Of a DNA stretch of 64,000 nucleotides, positions 29,107-39,439 are shown in pieces. A model generated the notes under the pieces. That model was not told the DNA's origin and searched no databases. It worked only from the letters and a program-made list of their open reading frames with translations. The DNA is from an uncultured cyanobacterium (lineage in GTDB: Bacteria; Cyanobacteriota; Cyanobacteriia; PCC-9006; JAAUQQ01). Made by a program: the position numbers and the translations under genes. Positions within the stretch are counted from its first letter, which is position 1, and the number at the start of each line of letters is the position of its first letter. The stretch spans positions 5,792,001-5,856,000 of the forward strand of contig OY970368.1 of NCBI GenBank assembly GCA_963718615.1, read 5' to 3'.

Positions 29107-29772
29107 ATGACTGTTGTTACTTCGACACCATCGGTTTCTTCATCCCCTGCGACAGACCCTGCCTATGCTGCCGAGCAAAGAGTGTTGTTGCGTGGGATCA
29201 GTTGGACAAGCTATGAACAGATTGTGACCGCGTTGGAAGAAACGAATGCGGTCCGGCTGAGTTATTACCAAGGGTCCTTAGAAATTAGGACGCCGTTGGA
29301 AGCCCACGAAGGGCCAAGCAGTCATCTCAATCAGTTTGTCAATGTGGTCACGGAGGAAAGCGATCGCCCCCTCAAAAGCCTGCAATCCACCCGCCTCAAA
29401 CGTCCTGAACTAGCAGGGGCAGAGCCGGATCAGTGCTACTACATCACCCATGAACCTTTAGTTCGTGGCAAGACCGTGGATTTAGCCGTTGACCCACCGC
29501 CTGATCTGGTGGTCGAAGTCGATATTACCCACAGCGATCTGGATAAAAACGCCCTCTATGCCACCATCGGCATCCCGGAATTTTGGCGATATAACGGTCA
29601 AGTCTTGACCATTTATCAATTGCAAGAGGGGGTTTACCAAACGGTGGAGCAGAGTTCGACGTTTCCTAACGTACCCAAGTCAATGCTCTACCAATTTTTG
29701 CAGGATTGTGTCAGCGTTGGGGAGACCCAGGCCAAGCGATCGCTCCGAAAAGCCCTGAGCCAAGACCCATAA
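29107..29772 (+). CDS. Uma2 (DUF820) family endonuclease-fold protein
   Basis: ISWTSYE, AEPDQCYY, PPPDLVVEVD, YATIGIPEFWRY. Confidence 0.9.
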   Translation: MTVVTSTPSVSSSPATDPAYAAEQRVLLRGISWTSYEQIVTALEETNAVRLSYYQGSLEIRTPLEAHEGPSSHLNQFVNVVTEESDRPLKSLQSTRLKRPELAGAEPDQCYYITHEPLVRGKTVDLAVDPPPDLVVEVDITHSDLDKNALYATIGIPEFWRYNGQVLTIYQLQEGVYQTVEQSSTFPNVPKSMLYQFLQDCVSVGETQAKRSLRKALSQDP

Positions 29773-29807
29773 CCGCCGCTGAGCCATCGGGTGCCTAGAC
29801 TTAAGAA

Positions 29808-30668
29808 CTATTGGGCTAACTGCCTAATCAACTCCGGTGTCAGCGCTTCAATATTGGCCACCACCCAATCGGCACCGGCCTCCCGCAGGGTCTCTTCGTA
29901 TTCTTGCGATCGCCTCTCCGTCTCCTGCACATGGGGCGGCAACACCCCCACCGCAATCCAGCGACCCGAGGGTCTCAGCTCCCGCGCCTGCCGAACCGTG
30001 TACATATCCGCGACCGTATCTCCTGCGTAGATCACAGAATAGGTGTGATTTTCAGGGCTCAAGCGCTTTGCCATGGCAAACAACCCCGTTGGGTCTGGCT
30101 TATCTGGCGCTTCCCCCATCGCCACCAGCGGCGGTTCCCGCAACCCCAAACGCTGCTCCAGCACAAACGCCGCCGACCCCCGTGTTGCCCCACTAAAAAA
30201 CCCCCAACCAATCCCCGCCTGGGTCAGCCCCTGCAAATAAGCCCCACTCATCAGCAACGGCTCCTCGCAGATATAGCCCGTAAACGGATCCGACTCTGGC
30301 CCCCGATAGCGAAGCTGAAAATATTCGACGATCGCCTCATAATCAATCGGATATTCCGTGCGCGGCTGTCCCTGGGTTTCAAAATAGCGATAGACCAATT
30401 CCTGGGAGGCTTTCCAATCGTTATTCCAAACCCCTTCGGTTTTGAGTCGATCGATATCCAGCGGGGAAGGTCGATGGACTCCCCGCGTAAAATGCTCCAC
30501 GGTGTCGGCGATCGCCCGACGATAGGACCCGCTCACATCCCGCACCACGCCGTCAATATCAAAAATGGCGATCGCCCCAGAATGGGCTAAAGGATCTGCC
30601 AAAGAATCTGCTGAAAAATTTGCCGAAAAAATCGTCACCGCTCTCCACCCTTGCCCGCTCAGGTTCAA
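29808..30668 (-). CDS. HAD-superfamily hydrolase (TIGR01548-like)
   Basis: FDIDGV, WNNDW, KPDP, GDTVADM; start uncertain. Confidence 0.85.
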   Translation of the reverse strand: MNLSGQGWRAVTIFSANFSADSLADPLAHSGAIAIFDIDGVVRDVSGSYRRAIADTVEHFTRGVHRPSPLDIDRLKTEGVWNNDWKASQELVYRYFETQGQPRTEYPIDYEAIVEYFQLRYRGPESDPFTGYICEEPLLMSGAYLQGLTQAGIGWGFFSGATRGSAAFVLEQRLGLREPPLVAMGEAPDKPDPTGLFAMAKRLSPENHTYSVIYAGDTVADMYTVRQARELRPSGRWIAVGVLPPHVQETERRSQEYEETLREAGADWVVANIEALTPELIRQLAQ

Positions 30669-30799
30669 GTAACACTATCGAAATTGAGGGAAGTCAAACC
30701 GTTCAAATCGAACTTGATCAAAGTTCCTGTTCCACATTAGGATAAAGGGCTGTACTATGGTCAATTGTGTGCAGTTTAGGATAGGTCCTGGAGGTTGGA

Positions 30800-31099
30800 T
30801 TGTCCCGGTTTATTCTTAAGGTTTTGTGGCTCGATGAAAGCGTAGCCCTGGCCGTCGATCAGGTAGTCGGCAAAGGCACAAGCCCGCTGACGGCGTACTT
30901 TTTTTGGCCCCGCAACGATGCCTGGGAACAGCTCAAGACCGAGCTGGAATCCAAGCACTGGATCTCGGAAATTGAGCGCGTTGAATTGCTCAACAAGGCA
31001 ACCGAGGTGATCAACTACTGGCAAGAGGAAGGCCGTAAGCGTCCCATGGCCACGGCTCAGGACAAGTTTCCCGAAGTGGTGTTCACGGGGAGCGCTTGA
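30800..31099 (+). CDS. ycf65: 30S ribosomal protein PSRP-3 (Ycf65)
   Basis: FILKVLWL...ALAVDQ...[19 protein letters not shown]. Confidence 0.93.
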   Translation: MSRFILKVLWLDESVALAVDQVVGKGTSPLTAYFFWPRNDAWEQLKTELESKHWISEIERVELLNKATEVINYWQEEGRKRPMATAQDKFPEVVFTGSA

Positions 31100-31153
31100 T
31101 TCTGCCTCAAGTTCTCGATCGCGAGTTTTGATGATTCAGAAGATGATTCAGAT

Positions 31154-31188
31154 AAAAGCCCCTTCTCAATTTTTGCGAGGGGGATTTT
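31154..31188 (+). terminator. Intrinsic terminator after PSRP-3
   Basis: aaaagccccttctcaa...ttgcgagggggatttt imperfect stem. Confidence 0.55.
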
Positions 31189-31214
31189 GTTGTTCTACCG
31201 TTCAAAAAACGTTC

Positions 31215-31250
31215 AAAAAAGCAGGGACATGGCCCATGGCCGTCCCTGCT
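31215..31250 (-). terminator. Intrinsic terminator after atpC
   Basis: Minus strand agcagggac...gtccctgc followed by tttttt. Confidence 0.75.
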
Positions 31251-31301
31251 GATTAAAGATTCTGTCAGCTCTGATGACTGTGTGTTTACACCTGGCTGTG
31301 T

Positions 31302-31709
31302 TTACACCTGTCCACCCGCCGCTTGAACCCGCGCTCGTGCCCGCTTAAAGGCTTGAGTCGCTTGCAGTTTCTCTGTCTTGTCGTTGTCTGATGCTTTTTC
31401 GAGGCGCGCTTGCGCATCCCGATAGGCCGACTGAGCCGTGCTCAGATCAATGGCATCGCCTCGCTCTGCGCCATTGACAAGGACCGTCACTTCGTTGGCT
31501 TCCACTTCTGCAAAGCCCCCCATGAGGGCGATCGCCAACCACTCTTTGCCATCCCGCACCCGCATAACCCCTGTGTCCAAGGCAGACATCAGGGGGGCGT
31601 GTCCGGACAAAATGCCAAGCTGCCCCGTGGTGCTCGGCAAAATTACTTCTTCAGCCTCTGCGTCCCAAACAGTCTTATCGGGCGCAATGACTCTCACGGT
31701 CAAAGTCAT
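31302..31709 (-). CDS. atpC: ATP synthase F1 epsilon subunit
   Basis: [39 protein letters not shown]; start moved to ATG 31709. Confidence 0.97.
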   Translation of the reverse strand: MTLTVRVIAPDKTVWDAEAEEVILPSTTGQLGILSGHAPLMSALDTGVMRVRDGKEWLAIALMGGFAEVEANEVTVLVNGAERGDAIDLSTAQSAYRDAQARLEKASDNDKTEKLQATQAFKRARARVQAAGGQV

Positions 31710-31794
31710 GTTGATTCCTCCACAAGTTGAGGGGCATTGCATGCAATGCCCCTACCGGTATCGATCGACCGAATCCTAAACCTCAGGGGCTAGC

Positions 31795-33321
<1,527 letters not shown>

Positions 33322-33349
33322 TTAAAGATTATCACTGAAGGTTAAGCAA

Positions 33350-33763
33350 TCACCGAAAAACTTTATCGTCGATTTCAAGGCGGGCGCTGCCCCATTCGTG
33401 ACCGTTGGGCTCGTAGAGTTCAACCTCAATGGCACTGAGCTGTACGGAGGGATTTTGCGCCACAAACTCACGACTCAGAATATCGCTGAAGGCGTCGTAG
33501 AAATATTCGGCGAGGGTCTCGCAGGTGGGGGTTTGCTGGGTGGTGGCGGATAGCTTGCGGTTGTCGTTGAGGTGACTGTTGGCGAGACCGTCGATCACCC
33601 CTTTAAAGTGATGTCGCACGTCGACCATGTTGAGAATCATGCCCTGCTGGGGTTGGCCTGCAATGATGGCTTTGACGCGCCAGAGGTGATTGTGAGGCGT
33701 TTCGCGGACGGTGAGGGCATGGGAGGCAATGAACTCAAAGTTCAAAATCAGCTTGGTTTTCAT
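33350..33763 (-). CDS. 6-pyruvoyl-tetrahydropterin synthase/QueD-family protein (Glu-type, PTPS-III-like)
   Basis: FIASHAL...RETPHNH...SHLND...PTCETLAEYFY...VELYE; start at ATG 33763. Confidence 0.8.
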   Translation of the reverse strand: MKTKLILNFEFIASHALTVRETPHNHLWRVKAIIAGQPQQGMILNMVDVRHHFKGVIDGLANSHLNDNRKLSATTQQTPTCETLAEYFYDAFSDILSREFVAQNPSVQLSAIEVELYEPNGHEWGSARLEIDDKVFR

Positions 33764-33857
33764 GGGAGTGAAGGATTTCATGCACAGACTGAGTTGAGCG
33801 CTACGATTCAAATCCCAGGAAAGGGATGTAGCGGATGCAGAGCCATCGTAAACCGAC

Positions 33858-34694
33858 TCAATCCACTCTGGGGTGCTGAAAAATGTAGCCTGCCTCTCTT
33901 AGCTTTTGGTTGGAGACCTTGGCATTGTAGGATCGGGGGCTAGGCTGACTGGGATCCCAGTGAATAGGGGCGAGGTGGTGGCGATCGCATACCCCATCCA
34001 ATAGTTGCTTCACGGAAATGGGATGGCTGTTGACGAGGTTATAGACGCCCTGTAGTCGATGCTTCACCGCAAAATCGAGGGCTCCAACAATATCTTCCAA
34101 GTGCACCCAGTTGCTCGCGTCGCTGCCATCGCCCGGTCGGGTTTTGCCCGCAGCATTTTGAAAAATCCTCGCCAGCTCTCGGCCTGGGCCATAGATCCCG
34201 CCAAGGCGAAAGAGGCAGACCCGGCGATCGCTCCCTACTAAGGTTTGCAACACCCGCTCCGTTTCCGCCAGCACCTCGCCATTTTCGTTTTCCGGTTTAA
34301 TCGATGTGCTTTCACTGACCCAATTTCCTTGTTGATTGCCATAGACGGCATAGCTGCCGGTATAGATAATCTGTTCGACGCTGGAGTTGTCCGGCAGGAC
34401 TTGTGCTAGGGTTTGGGCCGTTTTGAGGTAGGTGTCGGCGTAGCTGGTACCCCGTTTGGCCCCAAGGGTGAGGAGGAGGACCTGGATGCCGTCGAGGGCT
34501 TGGCGGAGGGCGGCGGGGTCGTTGCCGGCGAGGATGAGGGTTTGGGGGGCGATCGCCCGTAATTCTGCCAAGCGATCGGGCGTGGTAGTGGTAACGATCA
34601 CCTCTGCATCGGCACAGGGCGGGCAGGTTTGCCAGTGGCGGGCTAAGGCGGTGCCAACGTAACCGCAACCCAAAATCATGATCCGGGTACTCAT
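33858..34694 (-). CDS. Atypical SDR / NAD-dependent epimerase (YeeZ-like)
   Basis: ILGCGYVG, AVYG, RLGGIYGPGR, NWVHLED. Confidence 0.9.
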   Translation of the reverse strand: MSTRIMILGCGYVGTALARHWQTCPPCADAEVIVTTTTPDRLAELRAIAPQTLILAGNDPAALRQALDGIQVLLLTLGAKRGTSYADTYLKTAQTLAQVLPDNSSVEQIIYTGSYAVYGNQQGNWVSESTSIKPENENGEVLAETERVLQTLVGSDRRVCLFRLGGIYGPGRELARIFQNAAGKTRPGDGSDASNWVHLEDIVGALDFAVKHRLQGVYNLVNSHPISVKQLLDGVCDRHHLAPIHWDPSQPSPRSYNAKVSNQKLREAGYIFQHPRVD

Positions 34695-35290
34695 AGGCGC
34701 TCTCCAAAATCCAACGGCCTATTCGCCAAGAGCCGTGCAGCAAATATCCCCGCCAGCAAACCGGAAAAATGTCCCTCCCAAGAGATTCCAGCCCGTCCCG
34801 GTAAAACGCCCCAAATCAATCCCCCATAAACAAAAACGACCAGCAACGACAATAAAATTGAGCCCGGTCGCCGTTCAAAATAGCCGCGCAGCAGTAAAAA
34901 GCCCAAATAACCAAAAATCAGGATACTCGCCCCCAGATGAATCGAAGGGGCACCAATCAGCCAGGTGCCCAATCCCCCCAGCAGCGTCACAATGACGGTC
35001 ACCCAAATAAAATCACGGGTTCGTCGCAGCATTACCAGCCATCCAAGGGTAAAGAACGGCACTGTATTTGCCAGTAGGTGGGCAAAGCCAGCATGGAGAA
35101 ACGGTGCGAGGAGAATTCCCCGCAGTCCAATCCACCGGCGCGGGATAATACCGTAGTGATCCAAGGCTCCTCCCAAAACCACTTGATCCAAAATTTCTAG
35201 TCCCCACATCAACCCCATCATCCCCACAAGTAGAACGATTTGAAGCGTAAGTTCCTCTGCAATGCCGCTGCGGGGAGTGGATTTGGTCAT
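34691..35290 (-). CDS. Rhomboid family intramembrane serine protease
   Basis: HAGFAHLLAN, GAS catalytic Ser, ISWEGH catalytic His; start at ATG 35290. Confidence 0.9.
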   Translation of the reverse strand: MTKSTPRSGIAEELTLQIVLLVGMMGLMWGLEILDQVVLGGALDHYGIIPRRWIGLRGILLAPFLHAGFAHLLANTVPFFTLGWLVMLRRTRDFIWVTVIVTLLGGLGTWLIGAPSIHLGASILIFGYLGFLLLRGYFERRPGSILLSLLVVFVYGGLIWGVLPGRAGISWEGHFSGLLAGIFAARLLANRPLDFGERL

Positions 35291-35300
35291 GAGCAAAGAA

Positions 35301-35361
35301 TGAAACCGGGTAAGTTGAAACTGGGTCAATTGGAGCCGAGTTAATTGAATCCGGGTCAATT
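35301..35361. repeat. Degenerate 15-bp tandem repeat x4 between rsmG and rhomboid
   Basis: tgaaaccgggtaagt tgaaactgggtcaat tggagccgagttaat tgaatccgggtcaat. Confidence 0.75.
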
Positions 35362-36213
35362 TTGAGGCAGTGGCTTTTGGCTGGGAATGCCGACGGGACG
35401 GGGAAACTCTGCGGGGGTAGGGGCTGTTTTTCGGAGATAAATACAGTGGCGCGTGCTTTGGGTGAGGGGCGTTGTAAAGGCATCCACTTGCGTGATTTCG
35501 CCGCCGAGGTGGTTGAGCGCCGCTTCCAGGTCTTGGGTTTCTGTGTCGGTCCATTGTCCTCGATAGAGAATGGCGGTCCCGCCCAATTTGAGTAAGGGCA
35601 AGCTGTATTCGGCGCAGACGGTGGCGGGGCCAACGGCGCGGATGAAGGCCAGGTCGTAGCGATCGCGCTGGTTCCGGTCCCGACCAGCTACCTCCGCTCG
35701 CTGAGTCAAGGTGTGGATGCGCTCCAGACTCAGTAGTTGGATAAGCTGCTCTAAAAAATTCACCTTTTTGCGGGTAGAGTCAAGCAGCGTGACCGTGAGT
35801 TGGGAAAGGGCGATCGCTGCAGGCACCCCTGGAAAACCGCCTCCGGTCCCAATATCGATGGCAGTCATTGGGGTAGGACCAACAGCCTCCACTGAGGTCG
35901 TCGATGCGTCTGCGTCTGCCATCAGCCAAGGTTTCAAGCCCCGCAGCGAATCCCAAAGATGTTTTTCCCAAAACTCATCGGGCTCGGTTAAGCGGGTGAG
36001 GTTGAGCTGTTGGTTGCCGAGGACGATCGCCCGATAAAGCTGCTGAAACTGGCTTTGTTGTTCCGGGCTCGGTTGCCATCCGAGGCTGGCTTGCCATTGT
36101 TCTAAATACTCCGGCAGTGGAGCCACCGACTGCTCGGAAGGAACAGACTGGAGAGAAAGGACTTGGGGGGATGAGAGGGGGCGGCCCTCCTGGGCTGGGT
36201 TTGGCATACTCAA
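35356..36213 (-). CDS. rsmG: 16S rRNA m7G527 methyltransferase
   Basis: NLTRL, KHLWDSL, DIGTGGGFPG, LDSTRKK, PRPVGIP. Confidence 0.95.
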   Translation of the reverse strand: MSMPNPAQEGRPLSSPQVLSLQSVPSEQSVAPLPEYLEQWQASLGWQPSPEQQSQFQQLYRAIVLGNQQLNLTRLTEPDEFWEKHLWDSLRGLKPWLMADADASTTSVEAVGPTPMTAIDIGTGGGFPGVPAAIALSQLTVTLLDSTRKKVNFLEQLIQLLSLERIHTLTQRAEVAGRDRNQRDRYDLAFIRAVGPATVCAEYSLPLLKLGGTAILYRGQWTDTETQDLEAALNHLGGEITQVDAFTTPLTQSTRHCIYLRKTAPTPAEFPRPVGIPSQKPLPQN

Positions 36214-36269
36214 AATAGTCTTCGACCAATTTCGATCAGGTTCGATCCATCTTCATCCAGGCGTTACCT

Positions 36270-36659
36270 ATGCTCGGCACCTTTCAACAAACCCATCTCC
36301 GGATTGAAGTAGAAGCAACGGCGGCAGAGTTAGCCCGTAGCTTGCTCCATGCAGAAGCCTTTACCCGCTGGCTACAGCCCCAACAATTTTCTCAGCCGCT
36401 GCCGCCGAAGTTAACCCCTGGCATAGTCTACAGTAGCGGTTTCGGTCCCCTCCAGATTCGTCATCAAGTTGAGGTTGCAGAAGACCATACCCTGCGATTG
36501 CTCCTCAGCGGCGGGGTCGATGGCTTCCATGAATGGTGCTGGGGAGAGGGCTGGGTCCAGTCTAAGCTAGAGGGCATTTCGCTGCTGCCTTTGGGGCTGA
36601 GCCAGACTTGGGGGCTTCTACGACTTCGCCAGTTTTTGCAGCAACAGCGGGGATTGTGA
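36270..36659 (+). CDS. Conserved cyanobacterial hypothetical protein (SRPBCC-like)
   Basis: MLGTFQQTHLRIEVEA...GVDGFHEWCWGEGWVQSKLEG. Confidence 0.7.
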   Translation: MLGTFQQTHLRIEVEATAAELARSLLHAEAFTRWLQPQQFSQPLPPKLTPGIVYSSGFGPLQIRHQVEVAEDHTLRLLLSGGVDGFHEWCWGEGWVQSKLEGISLLPLGLSQTWGLLRLRQFLQQQRGL

Positions 36660-36702
36660 CCTCTAGGAGCGTCGTTGGACAGTCGTTTAAGACCGTCGTC
36701 GT

Positions 36703-38001
36703 TTAAGGCTGTCGTTGGCGCATTCGTACCGATTCTCCATGGGAAAAGAGGCCCTCAGCGGTGGCGAGCGTGTCGATCGCCCCAGCAACTTTCTGGAGGG
36801 CCTGGGGAGAATATTGAATGATGCTCGAATGCTTCATAAACGTCTCGACGCCCAATGCAGAGGCATAGCGAGCAGCACCTGAGGTGGGCAGCGTATGGTT
36901 GGGTCCTGCCAAATAGTCCCCGACGGCCTCTGGGGTAGCGTTACCCAAAAAGATAGCACCGGCATGGCGCACCTGTTCAACCAAGGCCCAAGGGTCCTCC
37001 ACTTCCAGTTCTAGGTGCTCTGGGGCAAACTCATTGGACAGTTCGACCGCTTTCTCCAGGGTGGGGACGACGATCACCAAACCATAGTTGATGATCGACT
37101 TTTCGGTAATCTCCTTGCGGGGGTGATCGGCTAGCTGACGACTGACGGCCTGAACCACGGCGGTGGCAAAGTCTTCGCTGATGGTGATCAAAATGGCAGC
37201 GGCTCGGGTGTCATGCTCCGCTTGAGCCAGCATATCGACCGCCACATGGGCCGGATTTGCGGATTCGTCCGCAATAATCAACACCTCCGACGGGCCAGCG
37301 AGGGAATCAATCCCCACCCGACCATAGACCAGCTTTTTCGCCAGCGTCACGTAGATATTGCCCGGTCCAGTAATGACATTCACCGCTGGAATCGTGGTAG
37401 TTCCGTAGGCGAGGGCGGCGATCGCCTGCGCCCCTCCCACCCGATAAATTTCTTCCACCCCCGCTTCCTGGGCCGCCACCAACACCGCCGGACTGAGGCT
37501 GCCATCTCGGCTAGGGGGCGTCACCATCACCAAGCGAGGCACCCCAGCTACCTGGGCCGGCACCGCATTCATCAGCACCGTACTCGGATAGGCCGCCTTA
37601 CCCCCCGGCACATAAATTCCCGCCCGGTCCACCGGCCTGTAGCGCTTGCCGAGAACCACGTCATTTTCCCCAAATTTCACCCAGCTCTTGGGAACTCGCT
37701 GCTGATGAAAGTCCTTGATATTGCGATGGGCCAACCGAATGGCATCGACGAAGCCTTTGGGCACCTGCTGATAGGCGGCTTCTAACTCTGCCCCGGTGAC
37801 CCGTAGTTGGTCTACCGAAAGCGTGACGTGATCAAATTCCTGCCCGTAGTCCAGGAGAGCAGCATCTCCCCGTCGCTGGACCTCCTGAATGATTTTGTGG
37901 ACCGTGGCTTCCGCATGGGCTGAGGCACTATCGTGGGTGCGATCGCAGATGCGAGCCAGCTCTGCCTTGGCCCCTTCCCACTGATTCACAATTCGCAACA
38001 T
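36703..38001 (-). CDS. hisD: Histidinol dehydrogenase
   Basis: YVPGGKAAYPS, GPGNIYV, AGPSE, QAEHD, APEHLEL, GPNHTLPT. Confidence 0.97.
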   Translation of the reverse strand: MLRIVNQWEGAKAELARICDRTHDSASAHAEATVHKIIQEVQRRGDAALLDYGQEFDHVTLSVDQLRVTGAELEAAYQQVPKGFVDAIRLAHRNIKDFHQQRVPKSWVKFGENDVVLGKRYRPVDRAGIYVPGGKAAYPSTVLMNAVPAQVAGVPRLVMVTPPSRDGSLSPAVLVAAQEAGVEEIYRVGGAQAIAALAYGTTTIPAVNVITGPGNIYVTLAKKLVYGRVGIDSLAGPSEVLIIADESANPAHVAVDMLAQAEHDTRAAAILITISEDFATAVVQAVSRQLADHPRKEITEKSIINYGLVIVVPTLEKAVELSNEFAPEHLELEVEDPWALVEQVRHAGAIFLGNATPEAVGDYLAGPNHTLPTSGAARYASALGVETFMKHSSIIQYSPQALQKVAGAIDTLATAEGLFSHGESVRMRQRQP

Positions 38002-38194
38002 GTAACTTTTCGTTCGGAGGCGATAGGTATTGTTGAGCCTGCGGATGGTCAGGTCAGGCTTTCCCTTATTAGCTTAGCTTGGTTTTTTAGCACTAGCGGC
38101 CCCTAATTTCAGAAAAAACAAAAAAATCTGTGCAATTCCTCACAGTCTTGTGAGATAATCGAGTGTTCGTAGAGCGTCGATACTAGGGTAAACC

Positions 38195-38491
38195 GTGGCT
38201 AACATCAAGTCTGCCATCAAGCGAGTCCAAATTGCAGAGCGCAATCGGCTGCGCAACAAGTCGTACAAGTCCGCCGTCAAAACATTGACGAAGAAATATA
38301 TCACTGCGGTTGAAGAATACGTCGCCGCACCCAGTGATGAGGCCAAGCAAGCGGTCCAGTCCCGCATGTCTGAAGCCTATAGCAAGATCGATAAAGCCGT
38401 GAAGCGTGGTGTTTACCATGGCAACACAGGGGCTAATCGCAAGGCCCGTCTGGCTCGCATCTACAAAAAACAGGTTGAGCCAGCCTCTTAA
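38195..38491 (+). CDS. rpsT: 30S ribosomal protein S20
   Basis: ANIKSAIKR...[11 protein letters not shown]...IDKAVKRGV. Confidence 0.97.
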   Translation: MANIKSAIKRVQIAERNRLRNKSYKSAVKTLTKKYITAVEEYVAAPSDEAKQAVQSRMSEAYSKIDKAVKRGVYHGNTGANRKARLARIYKKQVEPAS

Positions 38492-38533
38492 ATCGTTTGG
38501 CGAATTGATCGTCTAGCGTTTATTGAGTGCTTC

Positions 38534-39313
38534 ATGCAGCTAGTTGATACCCACGTTCATATCGTCTTCGAGCGTTTTCAAGCGGATCTGGACCTTGTCG
38601 CCCAACGGTGGCGGGAGGTCGGAGTTGTCCGCTTGGTGCATTCCTGTGTCGAACCGAAAGAGTTTGGAGCCATGCAGGCGATCGCCGATCGTTTTCCTGA
38701 GCTCTCTCTTGCCGTCGGCCTGCATCCTCTCGACGTCGACCAGTGGACTCCGGCTGTAGCGGAGCAAATTGTGCAACTCGCCCAATCCGATGGGCGGGTT
38801 GTTGCCATTGGAGAAACTGGCCTGGATTTTTTCAAGTCCGACCAGATCGATCAGCAGTACGAGGCCTTCCACGCCCAGCTTCGTATCGCCGCCACCCTGG
38901 ATTTGCCGGTGATTATTCACTGTCGCGATGCCGCTGAAGCCATGGCCCAGCGGCTGCGAAAGTTTGTTGAAACGGAAGGTCCAGTGCGGGGCGTGATGCA
39001 TTGCTGGGGCGGCACCCCTGCCGAAACTCAGTGGTTTTTAGACTTAGGGTTTTACATCAGCTTTAGTGGCACGGTCACCTTCAAAAACGCCGAGCAAATC
39101 CGTGCTTCGGCAGCCATGGTTCCGGGCGATCGCCTCTTGATCGAAACCGATTGCCCTTTCCTTGCCCCTGTGCCCCAGCGCGGCAAGCGCAACGAACCCG
39201 CCTTCGTTGCCCATGTCGCCGAACAAATCGCCCAAATCCGCCAGACTTCCGTCGAGCAGCTCGCCCAGCAAACCACTCACAACGCCTTTGAACTCTTTCG
39301 CCTACCTCAATAG
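38534..39313 (+). CDS. tatD: TatD family hydrolase
   Basis: [34 protein letters not shown]. Confidence 0.95.
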   Translation: MQLVDTHVHIVFERFQADLDLVAQRWREVGVVRLVHSCVEPKEFGAMQAIADRFPELSLAVGLHPLDVDQWTPAVAEQIVQLAQSDGRVVAIGETGLDFFKSDQIDQQYEAFHAQLRIAATLDLPVIIHCRDAAEAMAQRLRKFVETEGPVRGVMHCWGGTPAETQWFLDLGFYISFSGTVTFKNAEQIRASAAMVPGDRLLIETDCPFLAPVPQRGKRNEPAFVAHVAEQIAQIRQTSVEQLAQQTTHNAFELFRLPQ

Positions 39314-39340
39314 AGTCATCTGTTCCAGAAGGAAACTTTT

Positions 39341-39365
39341 TCCAAAGTCAAGACTTGACTTTGGA
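39341..39365. promoter_or_regulatory. 25-bp palindrome (12-bp arms, 1-nt spacer) upstream of the rpoB promoter; candidate operator
   Basis: tccaaagtcaag-a-cttgactttgga; the palindrome is certain, the function is inferred. Confidence 0.5.
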
Positions 39366-39371
39366 GTAGGA

Positions 39372-39400
39372 TTGAAGTAGCCCCCCTGATACTGTAAAAT
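39372..39400 (+). promoter_or_regulatory. Putative sigma70-type promoter of rpoB
   Basis: TTGAAG-17 bp-TAAAAT, 40 bp upstream of the ATG. Confidence 0.6.
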
Positions 39401-39439
39401 TTACGGTCGCGCCCAGGCGAGACCCGATCGAGGAGACGC

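Noticed and set aside
29107-29772. Restriction/defence system
   Set aside because: Solitary Uma2 genes are very common in cyanobacteria; no methylase or partner is adjacent
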